From NCBI GenBank assembly GCA_964624275.1, contig CAZUXP010000005.1, positions 1 through 49,446 of the forward strand: 49,446 bases of DNA, written 5' to 3'. Both the position numbers and the translations under genes were made by a program. Positions 19,123 to 28,198 of the stretch are shown one piece after another (positions within the stretch are counted from its first letter, which is position 1; every line of letters starts with the position of its first letter). The notes under the pieces are model-generated. The model had not been told where the DNA came from and ran no database searches. It saw nothing but the letters and a program-made list of their open reading frames with translations. Source of the DNA: an uncultured Methanosarcinales archaeon (GTDB lineage: Archaea; Nanobdellota; Nanobdellia; Woesearchaeales; DATGWN01).

Positions 19123-19138
19123 ACACTCATAGCTCACA

Positions 19139-20965
19139 ATGATAAATGATGGACATACTCAGTATGCTCTTTTAAAAAAGAGGGTTGGTTTTACACAAGA
19201 CCATGTTGTTGAACAATTAACAAAACATGGTTTTTCACCTGATGCAGTTTCACCAAATGACATGTCTTATACGGATATATTAAAATTAATAGCATATATT
19301 TCTCAAGCACAACAAAAGGGCTTATCAAATACAATTATTCAAGAAAGTCTTTTACACACAGGTTGGAAAAAAGATGATGTAAACGAAGCAATGCAAATTT
19401 GTCATTCTATAGGTGGATTACAACCACGAAACATAAAAACTTTTACACAGAAAAAAAAATCAAAGTCAATGCAAAAAGGAGTAAATCCTAAAGTAGATTT
19501 AAATTTGCAAGAAATAGACTTTAAAGTTGATTCACAATTACAAAAAACATCTCAGTTATTATCACAACTTCGACAAAAAGAACGAAATTCAGTTATTGCA
19601 AAAATACGTGATCACTTATATGGTAAGAAGCATTTTTATTCTAATTTGAAAAAAAAATCGCCAAATGAAAATAATGATGATGGGAAGGATGAAAATAATA
19701 ATGATAAAAAGAATAATAAGAACGAATCTTTAAAAAAACAACTTCAACTTGAGAAGAAAAAGAATCAGTTGACAAATAAACAATTTGAACAACTTCAACA
19801 AGTTATTGAAGGTTTAAATAATTCATTAATGATGCAGTCGTCATTGCAAATGCAGAATCAGATGGCTAAAAACCAACCGAGAGTACCAATCCAACCACAG
19901 TCGCAAGAAGTTCAAAAACCAAAAGAACAAGATCCAGTAATAATTGGAGATGCTCCACAATTAAAATCTGAAACACCAAATCAGACAAAAGAAGAGCCAG
20001 TCTCAAAAATTGTAGAAGAGGAAAAAACTGAGCATCATAAACAAAATGAAAAAGTTGTTAAATTAAGTTCACAATATAAAAATCCGAGTTTACAGATTCA
20101 AAGCGATTCTGTTTCAGTGACACAGAAAAACCCTCAAAAATCTTCAGGATCAAAAGATTTGGCTTCATTAGAACAAAAGTTTCAAAGTATGGGTAATCAA
20201 AGCGCAGGTTTTGGTTTTTATAATCAAGTCGTACCAGATGAAATTAAATATACACAAGAACCAATTGGAGATCGAGCACAAACAGGAATTCCCGATCTTG
20301 ATTTAGTTATTGATGGAGGTTTTGTTCGATATTCTCAAACACTTGTTTCAGGTGGTCCTGGAACGGGTAAAAGTACGTTTGCATTACAGTACCTTATTGA
20401 CGGAGTTGTTTTGTATAATGAGCCCGGCGTATATGTTACATTTGAACAATCTCGTGAGGCAATCATTGCACTTGGAAAACAATTTGGGTGGGATATTGAA
20501 AACTTGGAAAAGCAAGATATGCTTGTTATTCATGAATATACTCCAGAGCAAGTATATAAGGCCTTGAAATCAGGGGGTGGGTCGTTTCGTGATTTGATTG
20601 ATTCAATTCATGCAAAAAGAATTGCAGTAGATTCAATAACTGAATATTTAATGTTATTTTCTTCTGAAATGGCTCAAAGACGTGAAATAACTGATTTTTA
20701 TAAATTGATATCTCGTTGGAATTGTACGGGAGTTTTTGTTGGAGAAGAAGATAGTAATGCAGTGACAAAAAAAGCTTCAGTTTTAGATTATGAGTCTGAC
20801 GCGGTTATTTTGTTATATAATGAGCGAAAAGGAGATATTCGTCAACGTGCGCTTGAAATTTTTAAAATGCGCGGAACAAAACATGCGGGAAGAATTTTTC
20901 CAATAAAAATGACGGATAGTGGAATCGTTGTAGATGTAAAATCTTCACAAATATATCGGGTGTAA
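19139..20965 (+). CDS. KaiC/RAD55-family ATPase with long N-terminal extension
   Basis: TGIPDLD...GG, GGPGTGKS Walker A, VYVTFEQ, RIAVDSIT, RALEIFKMRGTKH in the C-terminal ~230 aa. Confidence 0.9.
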   Translation: MINDGHTQYALLKKRVGFTQDHVVEQLTKHGFSPDAVSPNDMSYTDILKLIAYISQAQQKGLSNTIIQESLLHTGWKKDDVNEAMQICHSIGGLQPRNIKTFTQKKKSKSMQKGVNPKVDLNLQEIDFKVDSQLQKTSQLLSQLRQKERNSVIAKIRDHLYGKKHFYSNLKKKSPNENNDDGKDENNNDKKNNKNESLKKQLQLEKKKNQLTNKQFEQLQQVIEGLNNSLMMQSSLQMQNQMAKNQPRVPIQPQSQEVQKPKEQDPVIIGDAPQLKSETPNQTKEEPVSKIVEEEKTEHHKQNEKVVKLSSQYKNPSLQIQSDSVSVTQKNPQKSSGSKDLASLEQKFQSMGNQSAGFGFYNQVVPDEIKYTQEPIGDRAQTGIPDLDLVIDGGFVRYSQTLVSGGPGTGKSTFALQYLIDGVVLYNEPGVYVTFEQSREAIIALGKQFGWDIENLEKQDMLVIHEYTPEQVYKALKSGGGSFRDLIDSIHAKRIAVDSITEYLMLFSSEMAQRREITDFYKLISRWNCTGVFVGEEDSNAVTKKASVLDYESDAVILLYNERKGDIRQRALEIFKMRGTKHAGRIFPIKMTDSGIVVDVKSSQIYRV

Positions 20966-20967
20966 GA

Positions 20968-21366
20968 ATGAAAAAATCCCAGAGTTCTGCGGAAATGATG
21001 ATTATTTTTAGTTTAGTTCTTATCGTATTTAGTATTTTATTTTTTTCAGCAGATACGGTTAAAAATTCTTTTTTGACGTCGCAAGATCAACGTCTTGCAA
21101 GATTAGCAGTTGATGATATTTCAACAACAGCTCATCGTGTGTATGTGCAAGGTAATGGTGCTGAACAAACAGTTCAGATTCGTTTTCCACGTTCAACGAA
21201 TAAAATAGAAATAGCAAATAATACGGTAGAATTATATCTGTACGGCGATGATTTTCCTTCATCGATACGTTTAATACCTTTTAATGTTTCAGGTAATATT
21301 TCTGCACAAAATGGTTTGGCAGTAATTACTGTTCAGTCAATTGGACAAGAGGTTGTCTTTTCATGA
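20968..21366 (+). CDS. Minor pilin, class III signal peptide
   Basis: MKKS/QSSAEMMIIF plus hydrophobic helix; VYVQGNGA motif. Confidence 0.82.
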   Translation: MKKSQSSAEMMIIFSLVLIVFSILFFSADTVKNSFLTSQDQRLARLAVDDISTTAHRVYVQGNGAEQTVQIRFPRSTNKIEIANNTVELYLYGDDFPSSIRLIPFNVSGNISAQNGLAVITVQSIGQEVVFS

Positions 21367-21725
21367 GAAAAGCTCAATTAACAGTGGAAATGATCATCAT
21401 TTTAGTTATTTTGACACTTGTTCTGACTGTTTTATTTGTTATTTTTACTGATAGGGTTCAAATGCTTGATCAAAATATAAAATTTCATGAACAACAAATT
21501 CAAAGTCAAAATATTGCAACAAGTATTGCAAATATAGCATTTATTGGTGAAAGTTCATCAAAACAAGAATATAGTGAAAATAAAGTTTTTTTTTACCCTA
21601 AAACAATTATTATTGAATCTGAAGAGTTCACAACACAAACCTTAAGTTATACTAAACTTTTTGTTGCAAATAAAACGGGTATTTTTAAAATTTTAAAACA
21701 AGACGGGGTGATTTTATTTGAATAA
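21363..21725 (+). CDS. Minor pilin, class III signal peptide
   Basis: MRKA/QLTVEMIII; ATGA coupling. Confidence 0.82.
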   Translation: MRKAQLTVEMIIILVILTLVLTVLFVIFTDRVQMLDQNIKFHEQQIQSQNIATSIANIAFIGESSSKQEYSENKVFFYPKTIIIESEEFTTQTLSYTKLFVANKTGIFKILKQDGVILFE

Positions 21726-22227
21726 ATCTCAAATATTATCAGTTGATTTAATTTTAGCTTTTATTTTATTTGTCTTTGTATTGCTAGGTTCATATCAATT
21801 ATATGTATTTAGTGATTCTCGTTATCAAAATCAAATAGAAACTGAATCTCTGTTAATTCAAACTCAGGTTGCACTTCGAAATTTTTTTCACACGCAAGGA
21901 GTTCCGCAAAATTGGTACAGTTTTGCTAATTTATCAGACAATGTTCATTTTATCGGACTTGAGTCACATAGCGGGTATCTTTATTCACAAAAAATACAAC
22001 ATTTGCAAAATCTTACAAATGGTTCATATATTGCTCAAAAAATTGGTCTGCCAATTACATATTCAGTCTATGGAGATATTTATCAATATAATCACACAAG
22101 TGAAGAATTAAAATTACATTCTGTTTTTGGTGAAAAAAAAGATATTTTTCTTGATCAACATACATTATATGGAGTTGATGAAAATAAAGAATTATATCAG
22201 TTTAAAATGGTGATTACGAGTGAATAA
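21718..22227 (+). CDS. Minor pilin-like protein
   Basis: MNKS/QILSVDLILA; TQGVPQNW...IGL motif. Confidence 0.75.
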   Translation: MNKSQILSVDLILAFILFVFVLLGSYQLYVFSDSRYQNQIETESLLIQTQVALRNFFHTQGVPQNWYSFANLSDNVHFIGLESHSGYLYSQKIQHLQNLTNGSYIAQKIGLPITYSVYGDIYQYNHTSEELKLHSVFGEKKDIFLDQHTLYGVDENKELYQFKMVITSE

Positions 22228-22606
22228 AAAAGGATTTGTATTTATTATAGATGGTTTGTTTGTCTTAGTGTTATTCATGTTCGTGTTACTTTTTACATTT
22301 GAATCATTACCATCTTTATCTCAACCATCATTAGATTTACAAACTCATCAGTTGGGTTTTGCTCTTACAAATTCAAATTTAACACAAACTGCTATTTTGA
22401 CTGATAACTCATCAACAATTGAAAATTTTATACAAACATTACCCTCGCAAATTTGTGCACGATATACTGTTTTTAATAAAACAACGAATATAGTAAGTGT
22501 ACAGAAAAATAATTGTGTAAATAGTTCAACTAATCAAGTTTCATATCAACAATTCTTGGCTGATGATACATATTATTACACTAAAACAGAGGTTTGGATT
22601 CAATGA
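22220..22606 (+). CDS. Minor pilin-like protein
   Basis: MNKKG/FVFIIDGL plus hydrophobic helix. Confidence 0.75.
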   Translation: MNKKGFVFIIDGLFVLVLFMFVLLFTFESLPSLSQPSLDLQTHQLGFALTNSNLTQTAILTDNSSTIENFIQTLPSQICARYTVFNKTTNIVSVQKNNCVNSSTNQVSYQQFLADDTYYYTKTEVWIQ

Positions 22607-23415
22607 AATTTTTACAATCTAAGAAAAGTTTGATTTTTTCGTTTGTTTTCTTAATATTTTTAATAGGATTTGTTTCATATCAATTTTCATTAAGTTCTGT
22701 AACACAAAAAACTTTCAATATGCAGGATGAATTAATTGAAGCAAACCAAATATATTTTTTATTAAATGATATTTCATCCACTATTCTGGATGTATTGCGA
22801 ATTGATGATATTGAGCTTATTCAAAACCAAGATTTTCAGACAATTACTGTAACAGGTACTATGCGACCATTTGAACAAGAGAATACATTTTTGCAATTAG
22901 AAGAAAATTTTGCTCAAATGCAAACTATTAGACCTGGAATTGACTTAAATATGACGCAATATGCTGTTGATTTAAAACCATTTGGATATGCTTTTCATAC
23001 AACAAGCAATACTTTTAAATTAGATTCAAACCAAACTTTTATCTCAAATTTGAGCTTAACAATGCATCTAAACACTGAATTAACAAACCAAACCAATACA
23101 ATTTTACAAGGAACAAGTGAAGATACAAATGTTTTGATTCATATATATGATAGTACTGGTTTTATTCAATCATATGATTATTTTATTAATTTGTCTGAAG
23201 ACTCAAATGGTTTACTTTTAGAGACATTAAGTAATGAAATAGATATTCAATTTATAGGGGATAGTAATATTATTATAAATGGTTCAGATTATACATTAAC
23301 TCAATTATCAATGACAAAAAATACAACCCAACCCATATTTGTTCAAACAGGTTTTGGTGAATATAAGGGCATATATTATTCGTATAGTTATCCAATTTTT
23401 TTATTTAGTGAGTAA
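22603..23415 (+). CDS. Pilin-like or pilus-associated protein
   Basis: Start at ATG 22603 (ATGA overlap); SKKS/LIFSFV hydrophobic helix and beta-rich body. Confidence 0.6.
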   Translation: MKFLQSKKSLIFSFVFLIFLIGFVSYQFSLSSVTQKTFNMQDELIEANQIYFLLNDISSTILDVLRIDDIELIQNQDFQTITVTGTMRPFEQENTFLQLEENFAQMQTIRPGIDLNMTQYAVDLKPFGYAFHTTSNTFKLDSNQTFISNLSLTMHLNTELTNQTNTILQGTSEDTNVLIHIYDSTGFIQSYDYFINLSEDSNGLLLETLSNEIDIQFIGDSNIIINGSDYTLTQLSMTKNTTQPIFVQTGFGEYKGIYYSYSYPIFLFSE

Positions 23416-23446
23416 CTTTAAATATACCTTTCAATCTTTTATAATC

Positions 23447-24763
23447 ATGCATACAAAATCTCAGTCGGCATCCGAATTTTTAATACTTTTTTCAATTTTA
23501 TTTATAATTATAGGAATTATTGCATTTGTATTTTTAGATTTCACGAATATAGGTTTGTATAATAAAGAACAAGAATCGGCAATATATTGGCAATCAACAG
23601 ATATTCAAATAATGGGGTATGAACATGAAGGTTCGATGTTGATGTTATTACTCAAAAATACTTATGAACAATCTGTTTTGATAACAAATATGACTATAAA
23701 TGGCGAATTGCTTAATATGGATGCCTTTACACTTGAACCCTACAAAGAAACACAAATGCTATTACCTCATACAGTGAATGACAATGCGTATGAATTAACT
23801 ATTTTGTTTTCTTTTGAATTACATAATCGTCCCTATACATTTACAGGGGAAGTTCCATTATACGGACGTGTTGCGGATAATATTTTTTCTGAATTCTTTG
23901 GTTTTATTTATCCGACTCCTTTGAATCAAAAAATGTTGAGTGGTGATATATTAAATATAACACATTATTCATATTCACAAAAAAATGTCTCAGTAGTGTT
24001 AAATTTTAATGACTCGCTTGTATCGTGGTGGCGTATGGATGATGTTGAAGGTAATACTGTTATAGATTATATGGGAATACATAATGGAACGATAAATGGT
24101 GGTGTTCAAATCAATTCTGGCAAGATTGGCGATGCAGTTTTATTCAATGCAAGTCAAAATCAGCGGATTATTGTTTCGCATTCAACTGATTTTAATTTGC
24201 AACAGGGAGGTACATTAGTTGCATGGATAAACCCAACTAATTTAGGTCACAGTGATGCAAGAATATTGGAAAAGGCAAATAGTGCAGGTGCTGATGATGG
24301 TTTTCGTTTCAGATACAATCCACCAAATAATCGTGTAGGATTTCGAATCAATTATGATAATAATGTTGATTCGGAAATAAATTCAGTACATTCAAATGTA
24401 TGGTCGCATGTTGCAGTTACATTTACAGAAGAAGGATTAGTAAGACTATATGTTAATGGTGTTCAATCAAGTAGCGGAATGACTGGGAATGCTTCAACAA
24501 TAACAAGCGAAAATAATTTAGCTATTGGTAATAGAGCAAGTAATTATATTCGACCTTTCGATGGATTAATTGATGATGTTATGGTTTTTAATAAAGTTTT
24601 AACACCAAATGAAATTTCATCGTTATATTTAAGTCAAGCACCAAGGTATGATGAATTTATTTTCACTGATTTATCTGTAGGGAATTATACATTTGAAGTA
24701 TTTACACAAAACACAAAAGGAGAAGTGTTTGAAACTCCAAAACGTATGGTGAGTATAGAGTGA
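23447..24763 (+). CDS. Pilin fused to a LamG/concanavalin-A-like domain (putative adhesin)
   Basis: Start at ATG 23447: MHTKS/QSASEF. LamG pattern LVSWWRMDD, TLVAWINP, WSHVAVTF, LYVNG, FDGLIDDVMVFNKVLTPNEI. Confidence 0.85.
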   Translation: MHTKSQSASEFLILFSILFIIIGIIAFVFLDFTNIGLYNKEQESAIYWQSTDIQIMGYEHEGSMLMLLLKNTYEQSVLITNMTINGELLNMDAFTLEPYKETQMLLPHTVNDNAYELTILFSFELHNRPYTFTGEVPLYGRVADNIFSEFFGFIYPTPLNQKMLSGDILNITHYSYSQKNVSVVLNFNDSLVSWWRMDDVEGNTVIDYMGIHNGTINGGVQINSGKIGDAVLFNASQNQRIIVSHSTDFNLQQGGTLVAWINPTNLGHSDARILEKANSAGADDGFRFRYNPPNNRVGFRINYDNNVDSEINSVHSNVWSHVAVTFTEEGLVRLYVNGVQSSSGMTGNASTITSENNLAIGNRASNYIRPFDGLIDDVMVFNKVLTPNEISSLYLSQAPRYDEFIFTDLSVGNYTFEVFTQNTKGEVFETPKRMVSIE

Positions 24764-25197
24764 GAAAAAAAAGTCAAACAACAACTGAAATGATAATCAT
24801 TATTGCAGTTTTATTTATACTTATTGGTATTATTTCAACATTTTTATTTGATTTTACTTCAATTATACCGTTAGTAGAAAAACAATCAGAACGATTGTAT
24901 TGGGAAAACACAGATATTCAGATTCTTGATCACGCATATAAGAATGATTCATTATATTTATTTATTGCAAATAATAAAAATGAACCAATAATAATTCAAA
25001 AAGTATTTATTGATGATTTTGAAAATAACATAACTCCAATTCAATTAGTTCCAAATCAAAAAGAAACAATTAATATCACACATGATCTTTTTACAAATAT
25101 GTATGAATTTTTAATTGGTTTTGAGTATACAAATTTACAGAATGTATCTTATTTTTTTTATGGTTCTCAGAAAATAAAGGGGGTCATATCAGAATGA
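24760..25197 (+). CDS. Minor pilin, paralog of the N-terminal domain of 23447..24763
   Basis: MRKKS/QTTTEM; SERLYWENTDIQI vs SAIYWQSTDIQI. Confidence 0.8.
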   Translation: MRKKSQTTTEMIIIIAVLFILIGIISTFLFDFTSIIPLVEKQSERLYWENTDIQILDHAYKNDSLYLFIANNKNEPIIIQKVFIDDFENNITPIQLVPNQKETINITHDLFTNMYEFLIGFEYTNLQNVSYFFYGSQKIKGVISE

Positions 25198-26297
25198 TTC
25201 AAGAAGAACAAGTGAAATTAGATATCGATTCAAATACTCTTATCTCAAGAGAACTATCTGTTTTCTATAATCCGCTCATGAAAATGAATCGAGATTTGAC
25301 AATTGCACTTTTACATGCATATTTACAAATACAAAAACCAAAAGAATTTTTATGTCAATTACCTCTTGAAGGAACTGGTGTGCGAGGAATTCGTATCCAA
25401 AAAGATTTTTCAAATGCACAAGTTTTTTATAACGATATCAGTCCAAAAGCAGTATTATCTATACAAAAACATCTTAAAATAAATGATATTAAAAAAAACT
25501 GTACTGTTTTTCAATTACCTGCAGATAGATTTTTGTTATCTCAGAAAATGTCTGATTTTATCGACGTTGATCCATTCGGTTCACCAAATTTTTTTTTAGA
25601 TTCTGCAATAAAAAGAATTAAACATGGAGGATTATTGGCAGTTACCGCAACTGATACTGCTGCACTATGCGGTTCTTCAAAAAAAGCGGGTAGAAGAAAA
25701 TATGGGGCATTTATGAATACAGATATTCCGTGGAAACATGAATTTGGAGTGAGGGTATTAATTGCACATATCCAAAAAATTTCCGCACAGTTTGAAAAAG
25801 CACTTATACCAATTTTTGCATATCCTCATAAACATTATTATCGTGTCTTTTTTCAAGCCTTTGCAAATAAAACAAAATTAGATGCACAATTAGATTTTCA
25901 CCAGTATGTAAAATATGAATCATCATATTCTTGGAAATTTTCAAAGACAGGTTTTCAAAAAGGTTCTGTTCTTGGACCATTATATACTGGTATGATAAGT
26001 ATGAATTCATATTATGAAAATAAAAAATTCTTAGATAAATGTACTCAATTTACTGTTTCACAAAAATGGTTACAAACATATATTCAAGAACAACAATTTG
26101 GAGTTGTTGGTACATATGTTTTACCTCTTATCGCAAAAGAACTTAGATTAAGCCAAATACCTTCTTTTGAAAAACTTACTTTTGAAATTCAAAAAAAAGG
26201 ATATGTTGTATCGCAAAGTGTTTTTGAAAAAGAAGCAATTCGCTCAAACATTCCTCCATTAAAACTTAAAAACCTTTTGTTAAAACTATCTCAATAG
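25194..26297 (+). CDS. trm1: tRNA (guanine-26 N2)-dimethyltransferase
   Basis: VFYNPLMKMNRD, GTGVRGIR, IDVDPFGSP, VTATDTAALCG, GPLYTG. Confidence 0.93.
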   Translation: MIQEEQVKLDIDSNTLISRELSVFYNPLMKMNRDLTIALLHAYLQIQKPKEFLCQLPLEGTGVRGIRIQKDFSNAQVFYNDISPKAVLSIQKHLKINDIKKNCTVFQLPADRFLLSQKMSDFIDVDPFGSPNFFLDSAIKRIKHGGLLAVTATDTAALCGSSKKAGRRKYGAFMNTDIPWKHEFGVRVLIAHIQKISAQFEKALIPIFAYPHKHYYRVFFQAFANKTKLDAQLDFHQYVKYESSYSWKFSKTGFQKGSVLGPLYTGMISMNSYYENKKFLDKCTQFTVSQKWLQTYIQEQQFGVVGTYVLPLIAKELRLSQIPSFEKLTFEIQKKGYVVSQSVFEKEAIRSNIPPLKLKNLLLKLSQ

Positions 26298-26301
26298 CAA
26301 G

Positions 26302-26339
26302 TTTTTTGTAAAGTTTCTCCGGAAATTTTATGTAAAAAA
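26302..26339 (+). terminator. Stem-loop after trm1
   Basis: GTAAAGTTTC-tccg-GAAATTTTAT with G-U pairs, extendable by flanking T/A tracts. Confidence 0.4.
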
Positions 26340-26477
26340 GTCGTTCATTTTAGTGCAGACTATTTGGATAAGTTCATAAATTACATAGGTTTATATACTC
26401 TCTATGATATGTATTTTAAATTAGTCACAAATATGCTCGCAATAAACGGCTTGGTTATTCAAGGGAGGTGAGTGAGA

Positions 26478-26549
26478 GTGGCAGTTAAAAAAGTAGCAAA
26501 AAAAGAAGCGAAAAAACCAGTAGTAAGTAAGAAAAAAGTGAAAAAATAA
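26478..26549 (+). CDS. Unannotated 23-aa Lys-rich peptide MAVKKVAKKEAKKPVVSKKKVKK
   Basis: Perfect SD GGAGGTGA (26464-26471), GTG start, TATA-like TTTATATA near 26390, hairpin right after the stop. Confidence 0.65.
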   Translation: MAVKKVAKKEAKKPVVSKKKVKK

Positions 26550-26562
26550 TTTTTACACGCTA

Positions 26563-26583
26563 ACCGTCTCAAAAAGAGACGGT
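26563..26583 (+). terminator. Stem-loop after the 23-aa ORF
   Basis: ACCGTCTC-aaaaa-GAGACGGT, perfect 8-bp stem followed by CTTTCT. Confidence 0.6.
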
Positions 26584-26597
26584 CTTTCTCAAAATAT

Positions 26598-26990
26598 ATG
26601 GATAGAATTGAATTAATTATTATTGAAGCCAGAAATAGTCTTGCACCTATTTGTTATGGTTCTTGCCAAGCAAAATGTTGTAAACAAGGAAAACTTTTGT
26701 TAGATGCATCACAAATACCTATAGTTGCAAAGGGTTCTCAAACAGTTTTGCGTAAAGATGGATATTTTGAATTATCTTTAGCAAATATTGGTTGTCCAAA
26801 TTTAACATCTGAGAACAAATGTGCGATTTTTACACATAATAAACGTCCGAAAATGTGTGCGGAATATCCTTTATTTCTACGCGGTAAATTTGTATTTGTT
26901 GCAAGTTCTTGTACGGGTTTTGCACAAGGATTACTTGAACCATATTTGCTTAAAATAAAAGAATTAGGATATACTGTAGTTGTTCAGTAG
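26598..26990 (+). CDS. YkgJ/CxxCxxCC family Zn/Fe-chelating protein
   Basis: CYGSCQAKCC, CPNL...CAIF...RPKMCAEYP. Confidence 0.88.
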   Translation: MDRIELIIIEARNSLAPICYGSCQAKCCKQGKLLLDASQIPIVAKGSQTVLRKDGYFELSLANIGCPNLTSENKCAIFTHNKRPKMCAEYPLFLRGKFVFVASSCTGFAQGLLEPYLLKIKELGYTVVVQ

Positions 26991-26992
26991 AA

Positions 26993-28198
26993 TTAATTCT
27001 TTGTGTATTCTTTAATTATTTCAGTGTATTCTTCAACAAGTTCTATCATAATTTGTTGTATTGCAAATTTATGAATAACTCTCTCTCGACCATTTTTTCC
27101 AAATTGTGTTCTTTTTTCTTCATCCTGAATAAGCCACGTAATTCTTTTTGAAAGTTCAACAGAATTATCAGGTTCAAGTAAATAACCATCTTCAGCATTT
27201 GTTATGACTTCAGGTATCCCTGTCACAGAACTTCCGATTACAGGAATTTCACATGCCATTGCTTCTGCATAAACAAGTCCGAACGTTTCTTCTTGCGACA
27301 TTAATACAAATGCATCTGTGGAATTATATACTTTAGGCATATCTTTAAAATTAAACATTTGAATTTGAACTTTATCTTCTATTTCATAAATTGAACAATA
27401 ATGTTTTATCTCTTGAAGTGATTTATCAAAACCTTTTTTGTCTTTTTCATTTGGTCTAGCGGCGGCGATTAAGAGTTTCACTTCAGGATGTGTTTCTAAA
27501 ACTATCGAAAGCGCTTTTAAGACAGTAATAATTCCTTTTGTTTCTAAAATACTTTTTTCGTGTGTTTTGTGCGTATGTATTCTCGAAGCGTGAAGTAGCA
27601 CAAAATCTGAGTTTGAAAAATTAAGTTTTTTTCGAATCGAGAGTTTTTTGTTCGGGACAAATGTCTGGGTATCAACACCGGGATAAATCGAAGATAATTT
27701 ATGTGCCGAAACTCCATTATGAAACAAGTGTTCAGAAACGCTTTTACTTACACATAATATTTTTTGAAAATCTAATTCTTTATATGCTTGCATCGTTAAT
27801 GGATTATTTGTAAAACCGTGTACTCTTTCAACAAGGGGTATTTTATGTTTAATACTAATCATATTAACTGCAAAAAAATATGATAATGTAAGAACAAGAT
27901 TTTGCGTTTCAATAATGTCTAGCGAATATTTTGAAATACAAGAATCTAAATATTCATAAAGTTTTCTTGATCGGGATGTTAATTTTTTATTATGTGTATA
28001 AAAAAGAAGGAAGGGTAGTTTATGAATAAATACATTATCTTGTTTTTCAACTCGGACTCTATCACTAGAAGGATTTGGAATAAAAAAATGTATTTCGTCA
28101 AAATGTGTATGGCAATTTTTAGAAAATTCTTCAACATACGTTTCAATACCACCGCGTTCGTATTCAAACCAAAACTGTGTTACAATACCTATTTTCAT
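26993..28198 (-). CDS. Glycosyltransferase family 4
   Basis: GGIETY, YPGVDT, ETFGLVYAEAMACEIPVIGS (ExFGxxxxE). Confidence 0.93.
   Translation of the reverse strand: MKIGIVTQFWFEYERGGIETYVEEFSKNCHTHFDEIHFFIPNPSSDRVRVEKQDNVFIHKLPFLLFYTHNKKLTSRSRKLYEYLDSCISKYSLDIIETQNLVLTLSYFFAVNMISIKHKIPLVERVHGFTNNPLTMQAYKELDFQKILCVSKSVSEHLFHNGVSAHKLSSIYPGVDTQTFVPNKKLSIRKKLNFSNSDFVLLHASRIHTHKTHEKSILETKGIITVLKALSIVLETHPEVKLLIAAARPNEKDKKGFDKSLQEIKHYCSIYEIEDKVQIQMFNFKDMPKVYNSTDAFVLMSQEETFGLVYAEAMACEIPVIGSSVTGIPEVITNAEDGYLLEPDNSVELSKRITWLIQDEEKRTQFGKNGRERVIHKFAIQQIMIELVEEYTEIIKEYTKN

Noticed and set aside
13856-20965. Archaellum operon (FlaI/FlaJ/FlaH)
   Set aside because: No archaellin or FlaF/G-like genes; two platform genes and Q+1/E+5 pilins fit a non-archaellar pilus.
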